A DNA stretch of 64,000 nucleotides, from positions 49,786,001 to 49,850,000 of the forward strand of contig CAIIXF020000001.1 of NCBI GenBank assembly GCA_903813345.2, written 5' to 3'. This document shows positions 56,391 to 64,000 of this stretch, piece by piece. Source of the stretch: Owenia fusiformis (Eukaryota). The first letter of the stretch is position 1, and every line of letters starts with the position of its first letter. The translations under genes were made by a program, and so were the position numbers. Under the pieces are notes generated by a model. The model was not told the origin of the DNA and ran no database searches. It saw only the letters and a program-made list of their open reading frames with translations.

Positions 56391-59300
56391 TTAGACTCCA
56401 GATTGAAAATCTGGAGTCTATTGTTTTTGCCTGTTTTCTTTATTATTAGACTCCAGATTGAAAATCTGGAGTCTATTGTTTTTGCCTGTTTTCTTTATTA
56501 TTAGACTCCAGATGAAAATCTGGAGTCTATTGCTTTTGCCAGTTTTCTTTATTATTATTATTAGACTCCAGATGAAAATCTGGAGTCTATTGCTTTTGCC
56601 AGTTTTCTTATTATTATTCTTTCTTTCTTTCCGTACACGTTTTCTCAGCAACTAGAAGAGCTTACTTTAACCTACTTACATGGCTAACATAGCCCATCGA
56701 CCTAGTTTCTGGGAAATTAGGTCAACTTTTTATCTAGGTCAAAGGTTAAGAACTAGGTCAAATCTTACATTTTTAACATTCTGTCAATTATCTTCGTCAT
56801 TATTTATCGAAACACCTGGATGTACATCTCATTGTGTAGCTTAGAAAAAAACAAATCGAGAGTGTGCCATCCGTTTTTTGATTACTCTTACCTATTTTGA
56901 GATATGGCGTCCGGAATGTAGGTCAAACTATAAAGTTAAGCAAATTTATTAAATGAGCTATGAAATAAGTGTAGAATTTTCCCAGAAATCTGAATCTGCA
57001 AACCAAATTCCGATCCGACTTCCGGTTCGGAAGTTATGGCGTTTTGAAAACTCAAAAATCGCTAAATTTGGTGCCCATGTTAAGTCAATGGGAAAAAAGA
57101 TTTTTTTGAAGTGAAAAATACGGAATATAGACTGAGTTCAGCTTCACATTATCAAAGCCTTCAAAAGAAGGGGACCTCAAAAGCCATCTAGCTTCAAAAT
57201 TTGGACACCAAAATGCCTAGGTCAAAATCTAGGTCAAATTCATTGGTTTTCCTTATTTTTTCGATTCTGACACTACACTTTAATTATATTCTTCGAAATT
57301 GTGTATACATGTAACCAAGAGTGTGCTAATAGCGTTAGCCTTTTGCCGTCAGAAAGTATTTTGACCCACTTTTGAGATATGGTGTCCGAAAAGTAGGTCA
57401 AAATAAAAAGTTCTCCAATTTTAACGTTTGAGTTATAAATTGAGAGTAGAATTTTCTCAGAAATCCGAATCTGCAAACCAATTTTCGATCCGACTTCCGG
57501 TTCCGAAGTTATGGCGTGTCCAAAAAGTAGGTCAAAATGAAAATTCGCCAAATTTAACGTATGAGTTATGAATTAGGGGTAGAATTTTGTCAGGAATCCG
57601 AATCTTTAAATCAAATTTAGATCCGACTTCCCGTTTGAAAGTTATGGCGTTTTGAAATTTCGAGAAAAATCGATCTGGTGTTATCCTGATAGAAAGTCAA
57701 GGAAAAAAGATTTTTTTGAAGTGTAAAATACGAGATATAGATTGAGTACAGCTTAAGATAATAAATTCCTATAAAAGAAGGGGACCTCAAGAGCTACCTA
57801 GTTTCAATATTTGGACAACAAAATGCCTAGGTCAAAATCTAGGTCAAATTCATAGTTTTTCCTTATTTTTGCGATTCTGGCACTACACTTTTAGGATTTG
57901 CTTCAAATTTTGTATACAGGTAGCAAAGAGTGTGCTAATAGTGTTAGCCTTTTGCCGTCAGAGAGTATTTTGACCCACTTTTGAGATATGGTGTCCGAAA
58001 AGTAGGTCGAAATAAAAAATTCTCCAAATTTAACATATGAGTTATGAATTAAGAGTAGAATTTTCTCAGGAGTCCGAATCTGCAAACTAATTTTCGATCC
58101 GACTTCCGGTTCCAAAGTTATGGCGTGTCCGAAAAGTAGGTCAAAATAAAATTCGCCAAATTTAACGTATGAGTTATGAATTAGGGGTAGAATTTTGTCA
58201 GGAATCCGAATCTTTAAATCAAATTTTGATTCGACTTCCGGTTCGGAAGTTATGGCGTTTTGAAATTTCGGAAATTCGATCTGATGGTATCCTGATAGAA
58301 AGTCAAGGAAAAAAGATTTTTTTTGAAGTGTAAAATACGAGATTGAGTAAAGCTTAAGATAATAAATTCCTATAAAAGAAGGGGACCTCAAGAGCTACCT
58401 AGTTTCAATATTTGGACACCAAAATGCCTAGGTCAAAATCTAGGTCAAATTCATAGTATTTCCTTATTTTTGCGATTCTGGCACTACACTTTTAGGATTT
58501 GCTTCAAAATTTTGTATACAGGTAGCAAAGAGTGTGCTAATAGTGAGAGCCTTTTGCCGTCAGAAAGTATTTTGACCCACTTTTGAGATATGGTGTCCGT
58601 AAAGTAGGTCAAAATAAAAAGTTCTCATAATTTAACTTATGAGTTATGAATTAAGGGTAGAATTTTCTCAGGAATCCGAATCTGAAAAGCAAATTTCAAT
58701 CCGACTTCCGGTCAAAAATTCCTACTTACCTACCTACTTACCTACTCGGCTACCTATTCAGCTACTTACTCAGCTACCTACTCAGCTACTTACTCAGTAC
58801 CCGCTCAGCTGCTTACTCAGCTACCTACTCAGCTATTTACTCAATTACTTAATCATCTACTTACTCAGCTTCCTACTCAATTACTTACTCAGCTCTTTAC
58901 TCAAGTAAATCAATCTGGAGTCTTAAATTGAACTTTGTTCAATTTACCAATCTAGTTATTATTATTCTTCTTCCTCCTTCCCAGATTTCTCACCAACTAG
59001 AAGAGCTTACTTTAAGCTGCTTACATGATCAACTAGGGAATGTATCTGGCTTTCTGGGAAATTAGGTCAAATTTTTATCTAGGTCAAAGGTCAAGAACTA
59101 GGTCAAATCCAGTACTTTGTCACTTTTTTCAATTTTCTCGGTCGTCCTTCAATATTTTCAATCCGGTTTTTTTTCATTGTGTTCCTCATAAAAAAGTAGG
59201 GGAAAACAGGTCGATTTAGTTTTTTGATATCTCAAACCGATTTCGAGATATCAGTGTCCGAAAACGAGGTCCAAAAAAAAGTTCTCCCAATTCAATGTCC

Positions 59301-62300
59301 ACGCTACTGGTCTTGTAGGAAATTTTCTCAGGATTCCGAATCTGAAAACCAAATTTCGATCCGACTTCCGGTTCGGAAGTTATATCGTTTTGAAAGCTCA
59401 AAAATCGCTAAATTTGGTGCCCATGTTAAAGGAATCCAACACCTTGCAAAACTTCTTAACAGAGAGGAATAAGGGAAAATGCTTGCCGGATTCTGAATCT
59501 GTGTATTTTTTAATGATTTTTCACCGTCTTAGAATTTCAATTTTTTTCCTTTGAAAAAATGAGATTTGCATTGTTTTCCAATTAGACAAATGAGTAAACA
59601 TGAATAGCCCGAAATCTAACGGTGAGATTTTGTTTTAAAAAATCATGGATATCAAGGCTAAATATAGCTATACAATAAACATAAAAAAGCAATGCTTGGA
59701 CTCTTCATATTCACACAAAAAATTAATTACTAAATGAGGTTTGATATTTGTGAGAATAAGTTGTACGAGTCGCAATGCTCTACAAACACCAGACTACAGG
59801 GTGGATTAGGATCAATGACACACATAAAAATTGATTTAAAAACATTTCATGATAATTATCTCAAACAAAAGCAGTTAGCGAAGGATACATTTCATTACAC
59901 TCAATAAATAGTTATCACTTTTGACTATATATACATATCTCATGGGAATGTATTTCCATCTGCTCAAGATATCATATTTTAGCTTCGAAAATCACAATCG
60001 TTGGATAATACATTTGTCTCAGAATGATAGGCCACCCTGTAGCAATGTAGCTTTCACTTGAAGTGTACCCTTGAGAATAATGAACTTACTTTCAAATTGG
60101 TCTTGCTTTTGTGGTGTATGTGGCATTTTAGCAAATCTGCCACGCTCATTTCTTTCCAGAACCATCTTGTTCACATGTAACACTAGGCTATACGCGCATG
60201 TATAGACAGATGACATAGATATACATATAAATTATATATTGCACCTGTATTTACTTACATGGGAATATTCCCTTTGGAAAAATGAAAATGCATGAACATA
60301 TATTTTCATCTTATATATGACTTCAAGCTAACATATTATTTCATATTTATATTTTCATAGTTAGTCTAACATAAATAATAGATCCATGAGAACAATATTC
60401 TTTGTTTTCTTAAAAATTGATGGGTTTACTGTGAATTCAATAAATTACAATTTGCAAGGGGTAAGTATACTGTATGACCTTAGTTGCAAAGTACTGTTTA
60501 TATATGCAGCTCAATAGCATAAAATATGTTGAATGAAGCATATGGTGGGGATTAGTCGTGTGACACACAAACTGACCAATACATGAGGGTATTAGCTACT
60601 TTTCACAGAAACCAAAGGAGGACAGTGATTTTATTTCAACTGGGAGCTTACCTCCACACGACTGATCATGTGACCATGGTGTTGGGTCCCTTTAAGTCAA
60701 TGGGAAAAAAGATTTTTTTGAAGTGAAAAATACGAAATATAGACTGAGTTCAGCTAAATATAATGGAAGCTTTTAAAAGAAGGGGACCTCAAAAGCCATC
60801 TAGCTTAAAAATTTGGACACAAAAATGCCAAGGTCAAAATCTAGGTCAAATTCAAAGTTTTTCCTTATTTTTGCGATTCTGACACTACACTTTAATTATA
60901 TTCTTCGAAATCGTGTATACACGTAGCCAAGAGTGCTAATAGTGTTAGCCTTTTGCCGTCAGGAAGTATTTTGACCCACTTTTGAGATATGGTGTCCCAA
61001 AAGTAGGTCAAAATAAAAAAATCTTCAAATTTAACTTATGAGTTATGAATCAGGGGTAGAATTTTGTCAGGAATCGAAACTGCAAACCATATTTCGATCC
61101 GACTTCCGGTTCGGAAGTAATGGCGTGTCCAAAAAGTAGGTCAAAATAAAAAAATTCTAAATTTATCGTATGAGTTATGAATTAGGGGTAGAATTTTATC
61201 AGGAATCCGAATCTGCAAACCAAATTTCGATTCGACATCTTGTTCAGAAGTTATGATGTTTTGAAAGCTCAAAAATCGCTAAATTTGGTGCCCCATGTTA
61301 AATCAATGGGACCGAATAATTTTTTGAAGTGTAAAAATACAAGATATAGAATGAGTACAGCTAAACATAATGAAAGCCCATAAAAGAAGGGGACCTCAAA
61401 AGCTACTTTCCTTCAAAATTTGGACACCAAAATACCTAGTTCAAAATCTAGGTCAAATTCTTAGTTTTTTCTTATTTTTGCAATTCGGACACTACACTTC
61501 AATGATATTCTTCGAAATTTTGTATACATGTAGCAAAGAGTGTGCTTATAATGTTAACTTTTTGCCGTCAAGAAGTTTTTAGGCCCACTTTTGAGATCTG
61601 GTGATCGAAATGTAGGTCAAAATAAAAAGTTCTCCAAATTTAACGTATGAGTTATGAATTAGGGGCATAATTTCCTAAGGAATCCGGATCTGAAATTAAA
61701 ATTGCAATCCTACCCCCAGTTAAGCCATTTTGAAGTTTGAAATTCGCAGTTGCCAGTATTCACGATGCAGATTGATCAAATAAACTTTCAAAAATTCCTA
61801 CATACCCTACTTTACCTCCCTACCTACTCAGCTACTTATTTGACTACTTACTCAATTGCTTAATTAGTTATTACTTACTTAGCTACTCACTCAGCTACTA
61901 ACTCAGGTACTTACTCAGCTACTTACTCAGCTACCTACTCAGCTTTTTACCCAGTTACTTACTCAGCTACTTACTCAACTACTACTAAGGTACTTACTCA
62001 GCTAATTACTCAGTTACTTACTCAGCTCTTTACTGATCTATCTAGGTAAAATAAATCTGGAGTCTTAAATTGAACTTGTTCAATTTCACAAATCTAGTTA
62101 TTATTATTTTTCTTTCTTTTTTCTTCCTCCTCACCAAATTTCTCGTCAACTATAACAGCTTACTTAATCCAACTTACTTGGTTAACTAAAGACTGAAACC
62201 GGCTTTCTGGGAAATTAGGTCAAATTTTTATCTAGGTCAAAGGTCAAGAACTAGGTCAAATCTTACATTTTCAACATTCTTCATCATATCTTCGTCAATA

Positions 62301-64000
62301 TTCTTCGTAACTCCTTCATCTTTTTTTCATCGTGTAGCTTAGAAAAAGGCGAATCAAAGATATGACATCAGAATTTTGATTACTCTTACCGATTTTGAGA
62401 TACGGCGTCCGGAATGTAGGTCACGCCTAAACATGCTCCAAATCGAATGTGTGAGCTATGAAAAAGATGTAGAATTTTTTCAGGAATCCAAATCTGCAAA
62501 CAAAATTTGGATCGGACTTCCGGTTCGGAAGTTATGGCGTTTTGAAAGCACAAAAATCGCTAAATTTGGTGCCTATGTTAAGTCAATGGGAAAAAAGACT
62601 TTTTCGAAATGTAAAATACAGGATATAGACTGAGTACAGCTTAACATAATGAATGCTTATAAAAGAAGGGGACCTCAAAAGCTACATAGCTTCAAAATTT
62701 GGACACCAAAATGCCTAGGTCAAAATCTAGGTCAAATTCATAGTTTTTCCTTATTTTTACGATTCTGACACTACACTTTAATAATTTACTTCATAATTTT
62801 GTATACAGGTAGCAAAGAGTGTTCTAATAGTGTTAGCCTTTTGCCGTCAGAAAGTATTTTGACCCACTTTTGAGATATGGTGTCCGAAAAGTAGGTCAAA
62901 ATAAAAAAAATTCCAAATTCAACGTATGAGTAACGAATTAAGAGTAGAATTTTCTCAGGAATCCGAATATGCAAACCAAATTTCGATCCGACTTCCGGTC
63001 CGGAAGTTATGGAGTGTCCAAAAAGTAGGTCAAAATAAAAAGTTTCCAAATTTAACGTATGAGTTATGAATTAGGGGTAGAATTTTGTCAGCAATCCGAA
63101 TCTGCAAACCAAATTTCGATCCGACTTCCGGTTCGAAAGTTATGGCGTTTTGAAGGCTCAAAAATCGCTAAATTTGGTGCCCCATGTTATGTCAATGAGA
63201 AAAAGGATTTTTTTTGAAGTGTAAAATACCAGATATAGACTGAGTACAGCTTAATATTCTGAAAGCCTATAAAAGAAGGGGACCTCGAAGATTATCTAGC
63301 TTTAAAATTTGGACGCAAAAATGCCTAGGTCAAAATCTAGGTCAAATTCATTGTTTTTCCTTATTTTTGCGATTCTGACATTACACTTTAATGATTTGCT
63401 TCCAAATTTTGTAGACAGGTAGCAAAGAGTGTGCTAATAGTGTTAGCCTTTTGCCGTCAGAAAGTATTTTGCCCCACTTTTGAGATATGGTGTCCGAAAT
63501 GTAGGTCAAAATAAAAAATTCTCCCAATTTAACGTATGAGTTATGAATTAAGGGTAGATTTATCTCAGGAATCCGAATCTTTAAAGCAAATTTCAATCCA
63601 ACTTCTGGTTACATAGTTATTGCAGTTTGAAGTCTCGAAAAGTCGATATGATGATTTCCCCATGTTAAGCCAATGGAGTCGAAGATAACATTCTTAAGAG
63701 TTGTCTAAATGTCTATATTCTAGCTGACTCAGCTTATTCTGGATGACTCAGCTTACAAGTTCTGGATGACTCAGCTCAGTTTGAAATCTGGAGTCTTAAA
63801 TTGAACTTGTTCAATTTACATGTCTAGTTATTATTAGACTCCAGATTGAAAATCTGGAGTCTATTGCTTTTGCCAGTTTTCTTATTATTATTAGACTCCA
63901 GATTGAAAATCTGGAGTCTATTGCTTTTGCCAGTTTTCTTATTATTATTATTATTATTATTCTTTCTTTCCGCGTTTTCTCAGCAACTAGAGGGACTTCC
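56391..64000 (+). mobile_element. Stack of nested GACTCCAGAT-family HINE/Helentron-like elements
   Basis: Heads at 56391, 56446, 56501, 56561, 63834 and 63891; tails (CTAG) at 58952, 62094 and 63824. Bodies are homologous to the copy at 18481-21094. Confidence 0.8.
59430..60691. mobile_element. Kolobok-like non-autonomous element inserted in a HINE body
   Basis: TTAA TSD; TIR AGGAATCCAACACCTTG / CATGGTGTTGGGTCCCT. The empty site CATGTTAAGTCAATGGG is seen at ~57076. Confidence 0.85.

Noticed and set aside
56391..56620. CRISPR-like look of the palindromic GACTCCAGAT...ATCTGGAGTC repeats
   Set aside because: The intervening sequences are near-identical rather than unique spacers, the context is eukaryotic, and no cas genes are present. 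They are transposon heads.
57273..63596. Recurrent ORFs containing '[24 protein letters not shown]' (also at 19492 and 20575)
   Set aside because: These are translations of the HINE internal modules, with inconsistent frames and stops between copies and no Rep/helicase motifs.

Overview
AT-rich animal genomic DNA, probably a lophotrochozoan invertebrate (inference from gene and transposon content). Main contents: (1) an intronless NXPE/PC-esterase-like type II membrane protein ORF (+, ~1.1-2.9 kb); (2) 18 phase-consistent exons (787 codons) of DIS3L2 (+, 5804-25096), whose first coding exon and C-terminal S1 exons I could not find; (3) a complete 4-exon antisense gene for a sarcoplasmic calcium-binding (EF-hand) protein (-, 28422-35088); (4) a young 7.4-kb tyrosine-recombinase retrotransposon with Ngaro/PAT-type split direct repeats (-, 36395-43796), carrying an SGNH-hydrolase ORF upstream of gag and one in-frame TGA in pol; (5) an snRNA cluster of one U6 and three U1 genes, embedded in a ~147-bp satellite, with similar 5' flanks; (6) many non-autonomous elements (Helentron/HINE-like, CACTA-, Kolobok-, hAT- and Academ-like MITEs), including a stack of one HINE family apparently nested into itself at 56.4-64 kb. 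All calls were made by eye; no database searches were run.
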